NCBI RefSeq assembly: GCF_964204645.1
Contig: NC_134026.1
Coordinates: 18,572,150-18,636,149, forward strand
Direction: 5' to 3'
Length of the DNA stretch: 64,000 nt
Source: Tubulanus polymorphus
Lineage: Eukaryota; Animalia; Nemertea
Numbering within the stretch: the stretch's first letter is position 1; the number at the start of each line of letters is the position of its first letter. The translations under genes and the position numbers were made by a program. The notes under the pieces are model-generated. The model did no database searches. It saw only the letters and a program-made list of their open reading frames with translations, and was not told where the DNA came from. Below, one piece after another: positions 13,211-25,859 of the stretch.

Positions 13211-13453
13211 TTGAACATGACTTAGCTGGAAGTTGTAGTTTGATGATAATTTCATTGAATGAGCTTAATTACAGAGGGAGTCACATAAGATGACGTCACT
13301 GGTTCCCCCAAGTCAGTATTCAGGAGAAATTAATGGTAAATTAATAAAACGGGGCCGGATACAATATTAGGAAAGGGCACAGGATCCCCTCTTAATTAAG
13401 CTCCTTCAATAAAATTATATTCCAACTACGACTTCCAGGTAAGTCTTGTTTAA
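13211..13453. repeat. Imperfect ~70-bp inverted repeat with ~100-bp spacer (MITE-like)
   Basis: 13211-13282 TTGAACATGACTTAGCTGGAAGTTGTAG... is close to the reverse complement of 13383-13453 ...CTACGACTTCCAGGTAAGTCTTGTTTAA. Confidence 0.75.
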
Positions 13454-14000
13454 CTTCCGGCAAAATTTATAGTATTTCTTAGTAGTTTAGTGGTAAAATC
13501 TGGGGTTTAAAATGATTCAATGAGTTTTTTACGGTACCGGGATAGCTTCTGTGCCCCTACATTGGAAGAGGTTGCAAAAACTTTCAATATTTAGCTACCC
13601 TCTGATTGGTGATGTCATGTGAATTTTATTTAGGAGAAGATTCGTAGAGTAGCCATGTTAACCGGGTTTAGAATAAATAATGAGACAAGTATTCATACAA
13701 CAGTAGCGAAAGCCCTTGTGTCAAGTAAATAGTGAACCAATATAGTACTACTCGTCTCGTTATGAATTTTCTTTGAATAGTTTTAAGATTGTGAAAAATA
13801 TATTTTTTGAAAATAAAGAAATTGACAACTTATTTGACAAATTATTTGACAACTAAATAATGAGGAGCACGCCTTCGCACACCTGCTCCCAGGCGGCGCT
13901 GATCGTCAATTGGTTATTTTGAACCGGAACAATGGGGCCATTCACCACCGCGCATCGCCACTTTTACTGAACGCTTTAAAGCGTTGTATTATATCTAACA

Positions 14001-16150
14001 ATGCCCACGGAGTGTTGTGTTCCACTTTGTGGAACGCTTGGGGGGCATACCTTTCCGAGAGATGAGAAGAGACGCAAGATTTGGATCACCGCTGTTCGAT
14101 GGGGAGAGGCGAACTGGCAACCATCAAAACAGCGTTATTTGTAAAAGCCATTTTACGATGAGTGATTATGTTGAGGCAACTACATCAGGTTCGTAATCTA
14201 TTTTCTCTAAGGGGAAGTGGATATTTACCGATGCGGCATCATTTCGGAAACGCTATGGCCTATTGAATTGAGGTGTATTAGTTTACTGTCGCCCGCGTGA
14301 AAATGGTCATTTATTTCATTGTTTTTCACAAAAAGATATAAATGTCATCGATAACGTTTTATAAGTCGATATTTAATATCTAGGTTGTGTTAAGAAGTTT
14401 TGATGGCAATATTTATGTCCTGAAATTTAGGGATTATAATCGGAATGTGTCTGCTTCGTCAGCTCAACATTCATCATTTGCTTAGCTACAAACAACTAGC
14501 GCCATCTATCGATTATAAATTAAAACGAATATTTTTTCGAATGAAATAGCAGTTTTTAGCTATTTCTCTGTACTCAACATCAATTAATTTTTTTAGGAAC
14601 TACCCCGCTACAGCGACGCCTGAAAAAGAATGCAGTGCCCTCACAATTTCCATGGACTCAGGAGATTTCACCTGCAGGTGCCGACCGTAATGAACGCTAT
14701 TTAAAACGGAAACAGCTCTTGTCAGAAAATTAGTCAATGGCTAAAAGACAAAGAAAGCTGGCTTTGAATGAAGTTGCAGCCTTTGAAATGATTAACGAAA
14801 TGGTCAAGCCAAATGAAGATGAAAATCAGGGTGAGTATTTAAAGGTAGTGGGAAAATGAGGAAAATTTCCCATTTCATTCTCATTCTGCTGAGCTAAAAG
14901 TTGACCGGGCCACCTGCCTATCTATCTACCCTGTACATTACTTCTTGATGCTGTAAAAACTATTTCAATAATGTTTATACATACACATTGATACGTCAAC
15001 AACATTGGTGCTTCACGTGAATTTTGTCGTTTATTAGGTATGTATATTTCAGAATTTTTGTTAAATTCTAATGATTATTTTTGAGAAGATGTGCGCGTCA
15101 TCAATATATCAGAGTTAGACTGGTTGCCGGGCAATTCAATTCAATTATCGATATAATCAAATCCATAATAATTTTATTGATCCTTGATATTACAAAATTT
15201 ATATTACGTTATTTTATTGTCGACAATATTAACAATGTTTTGTTTTTCAAGGCGTCAATAAACTTTCAAGTTAGTTTTATTGTTTTAAAATCATGACCAA
15301 GCTATTGAACCATAACATACCCGGCAGCTAGGGAAATTATAACTGCTTACAAATTTCATTGCAGTTTACGAAATGACACAGCCAATTAGGAGAAATAATT
15401 TTTTAAAGTATAATTTTTTAGCCGCTTTGGGTAGACTCTACATTAAACGTAAGCAGTTTATTTTTGTATTTTCAGATTCGTCAGATAACGGTTGTGATAG
15501 TGGTAATGTGATCGTCACTAGGCCAATTGGAATTCAGTATGAACTTTTAGGAAACTATTCCCCATTAGACCATTTTGGGCAAACCGATAAGAGCATACAT
15601 TACTACACTGGGCTGGAAACTAGACAAAGATTCTACTTCGTGTTAAATGTACTTGGACCAGCTGCACACAGTTTAAATTACTATCATGCATACTACCAGA
15701 TTTATAAATTGAAGAACAATTTTTCATGGTCCTCATGAAATTGAGACTTTACCGGTGTGATTATGAACTTTCGCGAATGTTTAAGGTTACTGAGAAAGTG
15801 GTTGCAAACGTTTGCATTACTTGGATTAATTTCATGGCAAATGAACTAGAAGACATTGATTGGTGGCCACGCAAGGAACTTATTCGTTATTTTATGCCTT
15901 CGGATTTGGGCTTGAAATTTCCATCCACACGTGTGATTTTGGATGGCACAGAGTGTCCAATAAAAAAGCCTAAGCATCCACTAGCCCAACAATCAACGTA
16001 TTCTACCTATAAGAACCGAAATACAATGAAAGTGTGGTTGGTATTAGCCCAGGTGGCATTGTTACATATGTTTCCTCAGCATATGGAGGTGCTACTAGCG
16101 ACAGACAGATCATTGAACGTAGCGATCTGCGGAAATTGTGTGATCCTGTG
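14001..16150 (+). pseudogene. ISL2EU/PIF-Harbinger transposase (THAP + HTH + DDE_Tnp_4), spliced, frameshifted, 3'-truncated
   Basis: Exon 14001-14188 MPTECCVPLC..HTFPRDEKRRKIW..ICKSHF; exon from 14597 with RRLKKNAVPSQF (THAP AVP box); exon from 15476 with LMKLRL.., RVILDGTECPIKKPK..QQSTYSTYKNRNTMK..GISPGG..SSAYGGATSDRQI. Confidence 0.9.
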
Positions 16151-16615
16151 AACATGTTGTGTGAACATGTAAAAATGTTAGAAGTAATAAAGTATAAAAA
16201 TGATCATATTCTTTAAAAAGAAATCCTGTGGATTAGCTTTTAAATGATTTTTCAACTTAGAATGTTCTGGGAAGTGAGGTTCTTTCTGTGGCCATCCCGC
16301 GAGGAGTATTTGTTCTGTTTGTTGTCATTAAAACCTGAGTAGATACATTAGGAGTGGTTAAACTGAGTCGCCCTCCTCACTAGCTGCACAGAAAATCTGA
16401 ACCAGCCGAGTCACTGCCAGGGGCAAAACTAAGGCACCCTTCACACTAAAACATGCCACCACTCGTCACAATCACTGTCTGTTCAGTGTCGTCGAGACTC
16501 GGGAAATCAAAATGTCATCTCGGGTCTTCCGTGACGAGTTAATGGTTAAAAGGAAAAACTAGTGCTGCCACCTCTTCCAGTTTAAAATAAAACACAATTT
16601 TGAAACATTAATAAA

Positions 16616-18834
16616 TTACATATATTTTGAATAACTTCTATAGTATAAGTTTTCAACCACCATGGGTCTGAAATATGAAATAAAGAACGCATCTAGTTTT
16701 CCACACATAGTTTTAATAAATTCCGGGTCTCTTTTAACGACTATCATTTGCAAGTCTTTGAATGTATATATCACAAAATAGCAGACTTCAGCCTGGGTGC
16801 ACATCAGCTGTCCTTGTACTTGATAGTAGTAATCATTGTTTTTTTTAAGTTGGAGTTCTCCATTAACAAGCGCAAGGTAAGGCACAGTAACCTCCGAGAT
16901 AAACTTATCACGCGCGGTATACGGACATTTAACTTCGACTATTGTTTTGGAGTCAATAATGCCATCTGGAGATGCAGCTAACCGAGGTCGTTCCTTGTAA
17001 ATAAAGAGGCCGCACTCTTTAGCTTCCTGAATGCCTGGATAATCTGAGCGAAATTTCTTTATGGCCACCGATTCATATTTCCGTCCATGAACAATGGGAG
17101 CAGAATTTATTTCCTGGCTACACATCAGGTCTGAAGCAAGTTTCTTTAAATTCAGGATGGGAGTAGCTTTGCAAATTCTTCCATATGAGGATGCCATTAA
17201 CCGTTTGCTTCTTTCATAAAACCAGACTTTGTTTCTCGACTGTCCTCTTGTTTTCGTCTCTATCTCCCGGATATATTCTTCCGTAACAGACCCATGGGTG
17301 AGCTATAAAACGGGCTTGATAAGATTAATTATAAAGAATATAAAATTGTAAATCTGTGTGCTCAATCTAAGACTAGTATTCTAGTCCTATTTCAGTTTTA
17401 GTTGTACATTTTCCCTTTTCAAGAATTCATCTACATCTGTTGAACTACCAAACTGATAATCATTAGTAATTCCATATGGATTTGCTGGGTTGGACAGCTG
17501 TAGAAATGGCATGTCATACTGAAACTAAATGTTTGGAGAGAATCATTCATTTGCACAATTATTGGCTCAAAACGTAAAAATAAAACTAAATCATAACTAG
17601 GCTACATGTATTTCATTTTTGGAGATAACAAACCTGACAGTTCAACGCTAGATTTGTGATGGTATCTATACGATTCGGACGTCTTCTATATTCTACAGGT
17701 CTTGGATCATACAACATCTGGGACTGTTTACGCATTTCAGCAATATTTGAATCTCTCATAGGACTCCCTTTATAGGCTTTAGCTCTGTGAAATGTTTGCA
17801 GCACCTGTAAGCTGAAATAAAATGACATAGAGGTTTCTTGGTTGAAGAAAAATAGTTCCTTTTTATAAGAAAAATCAATCACATTGCACACTGTTTTCAG
17901 AGATATTAATACTTGCCTGAGTGCTTGTGGTTTCCAAAATGATATCTTTCTCCAACAAAAAACAATTGACGGCATACAGTACTGTTACAACATGTTTACA
18001 GTGAGCGGTTGGCCCTTGCCCAGCACCACATTCACACTGGCTCTCTTCAAAGACTCCATCTTTATCAACCTTGATGAAAAGCATTTTAAAAGATAAAGTT
18101 TAAAGTAAACAAAATACCGGTACTAATTCTCTAAGGTTAATGACCTAGGAATCATCAAGTCACCTATATTTTGTGAAGCGAAAATAAAGACATCCTATCG
18201 CTCTAAGATAGGATTTATGTAAGTATAACAGTCTTTCAAAGATTTTCATTATTGAACAAGTCGGTTTTATAGAGAATTTACAAAAAAAATGTTTTTGATT
18301 TAATATAAACAACAGGGATGTACGGATAGAACATTTCTACAAACCTTGATATCCACCCTGTATTCCACAGTCTTTTTCATCTGTGCCCACACGACTGCTT
18401 TCAAGAAAACATAATCCGATGCCTTTGCCAAGCGTATATGACGTACAAACCTGTTAAGAGAAAAAGAAACATTTGCATGAGGGAAACAACAAATTGTGAC
18501 CTGAGGATTCGGTTATATGTGTGTTACCTACCTTTGCCTGTAGAGCTCTTTACATTTGTCATCAAATTTTTTATCATACAGAGCCAAAAAGTTTGCGATC
18601 AGTGACTCAGTAATAGGGGGTAGGTCAGCGAACATCTCGTAGTGAATGTCTTTTATAGTTATCAGCTGATGGCAACGTCATGTGAATTTCCATCTCGGGT
18701 TCATTGCTGGTTGTTCCTTGGTTGATCTTGTAAAATTCTAATCTGCATGAGATAATTTTCCAATTTAACATAGATGGATCAGGGGTAGATTTTAAGGGGA
18801 GGGGGTTAAAAACTGAAGTCCCACTCAAAGGCAT
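16616..18834 (-). pseudogene. ISL2EU second gene: SWIM zinc finger + YqaJ/lambda-exonuclease-like nuclease, multi-exon
   Basis: SQCECGAGQGPTAHCKHV (SWIM); LMASSYGRIC, HGRKYE, LAASPDG, VEVKCPY, YYYQVQGQL (YqaJ). Convergent with the THAP-DDE gene, as known for ISL2EU. Confidence 0.92.
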
Positions 18835-18845
18835 AAAAAATGATA

Positions 18846-18920
18846 CAGCGGAACCTCGTTAAAGCGAACTTCACGGGACCAGAAAATATGTTCGTTATAA
18901 CCGATAGTTTGTTATACATT
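18846..18920 (+). mobile_element. Tigger/pogo-like (Tc1-mariner) terminal inverted repeat truncating the YqaJ gene
   Basis: TA|CAGCGGAACCTCGTTAAAGCGAAC...GTTCGTTATAACCG, a typical TA-flanked pogo-type terminus; partner end not found. Confidence 0.6.
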
Positions 18921-19829
18921 GACATGCCTTGACTATCTTGGTTGATTGACACGAAGGACCAAGGCAGACAGGTCTTGAGTACCCGTGTCCAAATTCACAC
19001 ACAACACCATATATATTAACTGTATTTTGTGAAATGAATTTATTTAGACATAAGAATTTGTTTAGTCACTGCTCAACGACCTTGAGATAACATTTCAACT
19101 TTGCTTGTAACCAAACTCGTGACCGGTTAGTTTGAACCCCAATAAAATGAAAAAGGAACAACACCCGCACAAACTGAGAGGGTTATGCCTAGGCCTAGGC
19201 CTAACGGTGTTAGATTTCTTTTTTTCAACAGGGACCTTTTTTCAATAACGAATAAGGGCTGTTTTCAAACACAGATTGACAATTAGGCCTACGGAATTAT
19301 ACCTCAAATATCAAAAGTTTATGAGGGTTTTTTTCATTATTCATTATCCATTATTTTGAGTCACAAAATAGGCTACGCAAAACCAAAAAGCCCGAGGTCC
19401 AATGATATTGGCTCTATAAGCTGAATAAAGCTTAAATTTATGTTGATGATAGATGGCGATAGTAGTAGCTCAGCTGTCAAAATAACTTTACTGACAAGGC
19501 AGTCACATTCCGAAAATTATCCCTAAATATCAACACACAAACATTGCCATCTAAACTTCTAATGGCAATCTACATCTTAGATATTGATTTGTAAAACATT
19601 TTGTCAATGATTTATGTATGTTTTTAGCATTATGTCCATTTTCTGGATCATAAACAAATTTGAACATAAAAATGAAAAATAATGAAAATTTTCATGCGGG
19701 ACCTGACGATCCATGCGGGCAGGTGACGGTAAACTGATACCTCAATTCCATAGGCCAATCATTCGAAACTCACTCTCAAGAGTAATAAAAGTGAATTTGC
19801 TGTGTGAATATAGATTAAAGTAGTTAGAT

Positions 19830-22512
19830 TGGCAAAGCCGGGTCGGGGGTCGGCCTCGCGTGTCAGTACCCGAATGAGCACCGAAAGTGGCAAGCTTACC
19901 CCACGCGCGATCGTATGCTCTGGTCATAGCTGGACTAAGCGCGGCAGCCAGCAGCCTGTCTATAATGGGCCTATACCTGCCGGGAGTCAAGGACGAGGGA
20001 CCTCTGTTGGGACCGAGTCGGCCCACGGTGCCGCCTGGTGCAATCTGCGGTACTGAAACCGAGAGAGTAAGTCCGGTAGAATATTAAAATGGCCTGGTAT
20101 ATGCTCACTGAGGAAAACAATGTTACATTTTAAACAAATTGATACCATTTTCCGCACAAGGGTCATCATGGCTCTGTCCTGTGAAGACTGACGATTGATG
20201 ACATGAACAACCGCTTGATTGTCAAATGAAAACATATGGTCTTATTCCGCCATTGCTCACCCCAAACGGCCAGAACCGCTACAATTGGGTACAGCTCTAG
20301 GACTGCAATGGAGTAATTTTTCCAACTGGTCGGCCAGGTGCCACTGAACCAATGGGGCCCAAATATAGCCCCGTATCCCAACGCCCCCGCAGAGTCGGTA
20401 AAATGGTTCAACTTTTCGTTAGTCAATCTGTCGTCTATGAAAAACGACTTGCCGTTGAAGCCTGCGAGAAAAACACGCTAGATGTGGAGATCTTTTTTGG
20501 ACTCGGCCGTGAGCGTAATGTGAAATGACTTATGAGGCACGCCGACCGTCAGATCAATCAGTCTCCGGAGAAAGGGACGGCCTGGCACTATAATGGCACA
20601 TGCAAAGTTCAGAGTGCCAATCAATGATTGTAAGTGGCGTTAAGTTACCTTACGCTTATCTAAAAATTGATCCACTAAAGTGCGGCATTTGAGTAATTTA
20701 TCTTCAGGTAAAAGCGCCTCCTGCAAAACGGCATCGATCATGATTCCGGCGAACGTTAACTGGCGGACAGGTGGAACGTCTTATCTAGCTTAATGGGCAC
20801 GCCTATCTCGTGACATAGTCGTAGAAAGTTGTTTAGGTCACGCTTGCATTTGAGCTCGCCTTTTGCAATGAACAGAAAATCGTCAAGAATATGTACAACG
20901 AAAGAGCACCCTAACTTATGAACAGCTACCCACTTTAAACAAGACGAGAAACGATCGAAAATAGCGCACGAACTAGAGGCCCCCATCGGCAAAACAGCAT
21001 CAACATAAAACTTGCCATCCAAGGTGAAGCCCAACGAGGGTTGGTCAAACTCGCTTATGGGGATAATGCGAAACTTGGATTCGATATCTGTTTTTGCAAG
21101 GTAAACGTCCGGACCCAGAGATTTGATTATATCGATTGCATCTTGAACAGTTGAATATTTAATGGTGGATGCATCCACGGGGACAAATCGTTAACCGAAG
21201 AACCCTTTGGGTAGGACAGGTGATGGATAACCCTAAAGCCCCCGAGCTTTTGGGCACGACGCCGAGGGGCGAAACATGAATTGGAGTGCCATCTGGCATA
21301 AATGGGTCACTGAAGGGACCCCTAACTCTCTCCAAATTAAGTTATTTCGTAATCTTTTCCCAAACCACATCGGGATGATCCCTAGCCGACTTAAAATTTT
21401 TGATACTGCGGCTTGCGATTGGTCCCCCGAAAAAACTGTCGATGCGGAAACCGTGTTGAAAACCGTTGATTAGTAAATTGCGTTGCTCAGAGTCGTAATC
21501 AAAAATGTAGGGTAGAAGTTTAGTTAGGTGTGGGGAGGCTTGGCAGCCTTGGGTCTTTCGGGACGCTGGTTGCCAGTGCCGGCTGACCGGGCATAATTGA
21601 CAGCCAAAATGTGAGCCCCTGCAAAATTTACATCTGTGTGCATAGATGCAGGATTTCCGGGTACACCCAGAGAAGCTGTTGTACGCAAAAATACTTTGGC
21701 GAGCGATTGCGAGGAGCTGTTGCGAAAGGACTGGTTGGAGGGGCGTGGAGTTTTGGACTCCATCCAAAGCTCCCAATCGACGGTGTCCCAACTGCGAGTG
21801 GCCCCCTCAGATGAGAAACGTGCTGCCCGGAAATTCATGTCGTAAGATGACCAGTCCCCCCCTTGGGCGGCCAAATTTTGTACACTGCGGCCATATTTTA
21901 GTAAAGGTATGGCGTCAGCCGGACACCTACAAAGATGCACCGTACAAAATATTTCATACGCACGCACCCATTGTTCGATCGACTTCAAGGCGGCCGCCTT
22001 GGATGGGGCGATGGACGGGGCAGGCGTTTCCTGACCCATGTTGGGCACCACACTGAACGAATATGTGCTGCTAGGCTTACGCAGGAGCATTGCTAAATCG
22101 ACAAACTTCCCTGCCCATATGGTTTCCTTAATTTTTCAGGAACCAGGGCATCCAGCGGAACAGACGAGGAGTGGAATCTGTCGAAGTTGTTAGGCGGTTG
22201 CCCTAAAACCTGCACTGCAGTGCCCTCATTACATTCATCTGTCGGAATTGGCGGCTCCACCACGGTAACCGATGGTGGGTGAGCCACATCGTGCTGTTGA
22301 ATTTGGGGCAACAATGCCACTGCCCTCTCCAGAGTGTCCAAGAGGCGGTCGGCCCTTGCCTCCTTTTCCTGCATACTCGTCGACGCAGTTGAAACTCGGC
22401 TACTACTCGTGGGTGCGGCTGAAATTCGGGTACTACTAGTTGACGCAGCTGAAACTCGGCTACGTTTCGCACCGCGTTGGGTTGCCGACGACAATCTTTT
22501 GCCACGATTCAT
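19830..22512 (-). mobile_element. DIRS/Ngaro-type tyrosine-recombinase retrotransposon: gag, RT, RNase H and start of YR (degenerate)
   Basis: gag 21524-22512 (IEQWVRAYEIF..GGDWSSYDMNFR..DWELW); RT LAKTDIESKFRIIP, LPMGASSSC, HILDDFLF; RNase H FTDSAGALGYGA, IAVLELYPIV, DNQAVV, HIPGHFNILPDLLSR; YR N-terminus LLAAALSPAMTRAYDRAW, truncated ~19830. Confidence 0.93.
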
Positions 22513-23177
22513 TTTGAATGAATTCTACTACACTACAACACAACAAAAACATAAATTTTGTTGGATATAGTAATTAAAACCCACAAAGCAAGGGTACCCG
22601 CATAGACACTGGTAGGATTTTAAGCCTAAAATTAGAAACAGTAACCTATATGTCACAAGCAGACCACACTTGAGGACGCTATGAGACCAATAAATTAAAG
22701 GCACCTAACCAAATGGCGGGACAATTAAACCCAAAAACATGAGCCCTAAGGGTACCCGGGATACACGACGGAAATAAAACTAACTCGTTTTTCTGAAAAG
22801 TGAGTATTTTGCATGTCTAAACGTCGATAAAATAATTGGACAACAAGCATTTCGACTATCCGTGATGACGGGGCAATTAAACCCTGCACGTGGGCTCCTG
22901 ACACGTTGAAAATACGAACATCTGGACACCCTTCCCCATTGAACAGGAAAATTAAGTCCTTAATGAAATTAATAACAAAAACAGACCACCTGATAACCGA
23001 AAAAACACAGGGCAATTAAGGTCATATAACCTGCTGACAGAATTAGAGACCACCTGTTAGATAACAGGGAAATTAAGGCCCCGCAAATAATTTAACGGTA
23101 AGAGTCGTTTCTACACAGATTATCAGTTTTACTGGGACGAACCGGCAGTTGGCCACCGGTCGTTTCTCCACAGATTA

Positions 23178-23863
23178 TCAATTTGACTGGGACGAACCGG
23201 CAGTTGGCCACCGGTCGTCTTTTAGCTTGTGATGGGCATTCACAATGGCGCCACGTAGCGATCTATAAAACATCAATTGTCCCTGCCGGTTAAGGTGGAC
23301 CCCATCTTGGGCAAAAACGTTATGTCGCGAATTCCAAAACCCGCGATGACGCCAGGAAAAAACATTCTTGCAACCGTCGCAGACGGCGTGCAAGAACTCC
23401 TGCATCTCAAAAACTCTCTTATCCCCGGCTTCTCGACTAAAATTTCTATAACTGGTACAGCGTATAGGATTACAAATGTACACTAAAGCACCAGTTTGCT
23501 CGGCCACTGATGTCGCGTATTGAAAAACTTTCATCCCAACGAATGCCGGCGTATGTCGGGTATTGAAAAACTTTCATCCCAACGAATGCTGGCGTAAGGT
23601 ACCGATTGCATAGGTCGTTCGACCCTATCTGTAAAATCACCAATGAGGGTCGGCATTCATTTATGGAGGACAGGATGTCGCGATTGACCAAAGTATCGAT
23701 CGTTGCACCCCCAATACCGATCAACCGAGGTGTTGAATAATTAAAACGCTCCACATTCAGGCCCCAGTCCGGCTTCACAATTGAAGACGTGGAATGATTT
23801 CCCTCAATAAAGTTTCAAATGCCTGATATAGCTATGTCCAACTATCACAATGTTCCTTGACAT
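23178..23863 (-). pseudogene. SGNH/GDSL-type hydrolase upstream of the DIRS/Ngaro gag
   Basis: ATG at 23863 gives MSRNIVIVGHSYIRHL (block I), GIGGAT (II), LQIGSND (III), QDGVHLN (V). Broken by frameshifts, including a ~43-bp tandem duplication at ~23517-23597. Confidence 0.85.
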
Positions 23864-24119
23864 CCTGCCGTATTGTGTGAATAGAATTTAGACACGGATG
23901 GCCTAGCAAAATAGGATAAAAGGGGGGGTAAATAAGGACAAAAATAAAACGTAACCTTTCACGCTCGGGATGCGGAAGAGAAAGGAACTTGTACTTAACA
24001 GTGATTGGCTGAGAGAACAAAGAGATATTGGCGGCGCCACCAGCTGGAGGCGCCTGGCAAAGCGCTCGGTTCGTTTCGGTCGCAAAAATGTTGATGAGCA
24101 ATCGTTACTCGCCCATCTC

Positions 24120-25000
24120 TTGTTTGTTAAGATTTACAACGTTGTTCAAATTTTCAATTATAAGTGCAGATTCCAAAATATGTCTTTTTGTTTTATCGCT
24201 GCAAGGGTAAATTAATTCGGCATTAACAAAATCAAAATTGTGTGAGGTCTGAAATACATGATTAGCAACTCCGCTATCAGGTTTAAAGTTTTTTTACATC
24301 TAACTTGTGCTCTTCTAAACGTTGGTTAGATTCCGACCTGTTTCTGATTCCGACCTATATATACTTTGTCGCAAACTTTACAAGGTATTTTATAAATTCA
24401 ACAGTTGAGGAATTAGGATTTAGGTTTGTTATTAATCAATATGTTGCTAAGTTTATTATTGTATTTAAAGATTAGTTATTTATTTAGTGACGGAAGAGAA
24501 ACTTTAGAATACTCGAGATAAGGTACATACGGTACAATGATAAGATGTTTATCGGTAGCCGACGTAGGAGTTCTTAGGTTGTTATTCCCAAAAATGGGTA
24601 GAATGAGCTTTTTTCAAGATGAAAACACCAGGATTATCCAACAGAGATTGCATTTTAACATTATAATCATCCAGATCTAAAATCACAATCTTGCCACCTT
24701 TATCAGCCTTAGATATTTTTATAGTTTTAGCTTTTGTAGTTCTTGGAGGGCTGGCGAAATCGACAAGGTAGATATTCGAAGAAGTTCTTGTTGAGTTGAT
24801 CGCAAATGGCCTGTAGATTCATGAACATAAAATTAATAAAGTCCAAACTGTTCGGAGATGATTTACGATATTCCAATTGGGTGACAAAGTCTAATGCATG
24901 TTTATCTTGATGAGGAAGAGAAAAGCTCAAACCATAGGCGAGAAGTTGACACTGAGTAGTAGATAACGTGGTTGAGGACAAATTGACCATGTTGTCGGTG
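24120..25000 (-). mobile_element. Penelope-like retroelement, internally deleted (N-terminus + GIY-YIG endonuclease)
   Basis: VNLSSTTLS..LAYGLSF, KADKGGKIVILD; then IVPYVP and IYKIPCKVCDKVYIG (24352-24398), RLEEH, SGVANH, ILESALI. RT core absent. Confidence 0.9.
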
Positions 25001-25859
25001 TTACTAAATGTAACCGCACTTGCCTTAATCAAATAAAAACTATGCCCCGTGCGGGCATGAGTCCTGAAAAACAATATAAGACCAGTAATTCATAGATTAG
25101 ATATATAAATGCAAGATAAGTAATTTATTAATTCAATAATTCAAAGAAAAAATAACTAAAGTACTTGAAAAAAATGAAAATAAACAGGGCCCTTTTTACG
25201 AAAATTAGATTAAATAAAATAAAATTAAATTAGCTTAAATGTAAGTCACTGATCAATTAAAGTTCTTTTTTCAAAAGTTCATAAATTTTAACTTGGCGTT
25301 GCTCCAAAAAGATCGCTCTGCCGCTCCTCGAAATTGTTCGCTGCGCTGCTCCCGAAATTGTTCGCTGTGGTTCCTGTTGCTGTCCAAAATCTGTAGTTGC
25401 TGATCTGTGGTTCCGAAATTTAAGACGGTTGCTGAATGTGAATCGTATCTGTCGAATTTACGCGAATCACATCTGTCGAATTTACGCAAATGGCATCTGT
25501 CAAATTTATAATTTGCACGACAAGCAAATACCACTCTGATGATGAAAGTCCACGGGTGATACAAATTTATTCTCAAAATGCTTATCATGTGACCATCTGG
25601 CCGTTGCAGTTGCAAGTAATCATAACCGACATAAGCAGGGAAGCAACTGGAAGGATCTTGTATCCCGATAGTCGGCCTCAGTTGCTGCGAATCGGAGCAC
25701 AGTCGACATAAGCTGAGCTGCGATTGCGGTTGCTCTAGGTTGCGTCGGTAGGAGTCAGTAGGCGTCGCGTTGTTGGTCGACATAAGCCAGCCTTAAAAGA
25801 ATAATTACCCCTGTTATCACTGCTACATCTGCCATAAAGAATAATTAATAAATGGTTCT

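Noticed and set aside
16616-17197. Phage or viral YqaJ recombinase (prophage or horizontal transfer)
   Set aside because: It contains introns, is fused to SWIM and is paired with a THAP-DDE transposase, which is the known ISL2EU layout.
25535-25560. CTGATGA..GAAA as a hammerhead ribozyme near Penelope
   Set aside because: It is on the opposite strand to the element and there is no room for stem II.
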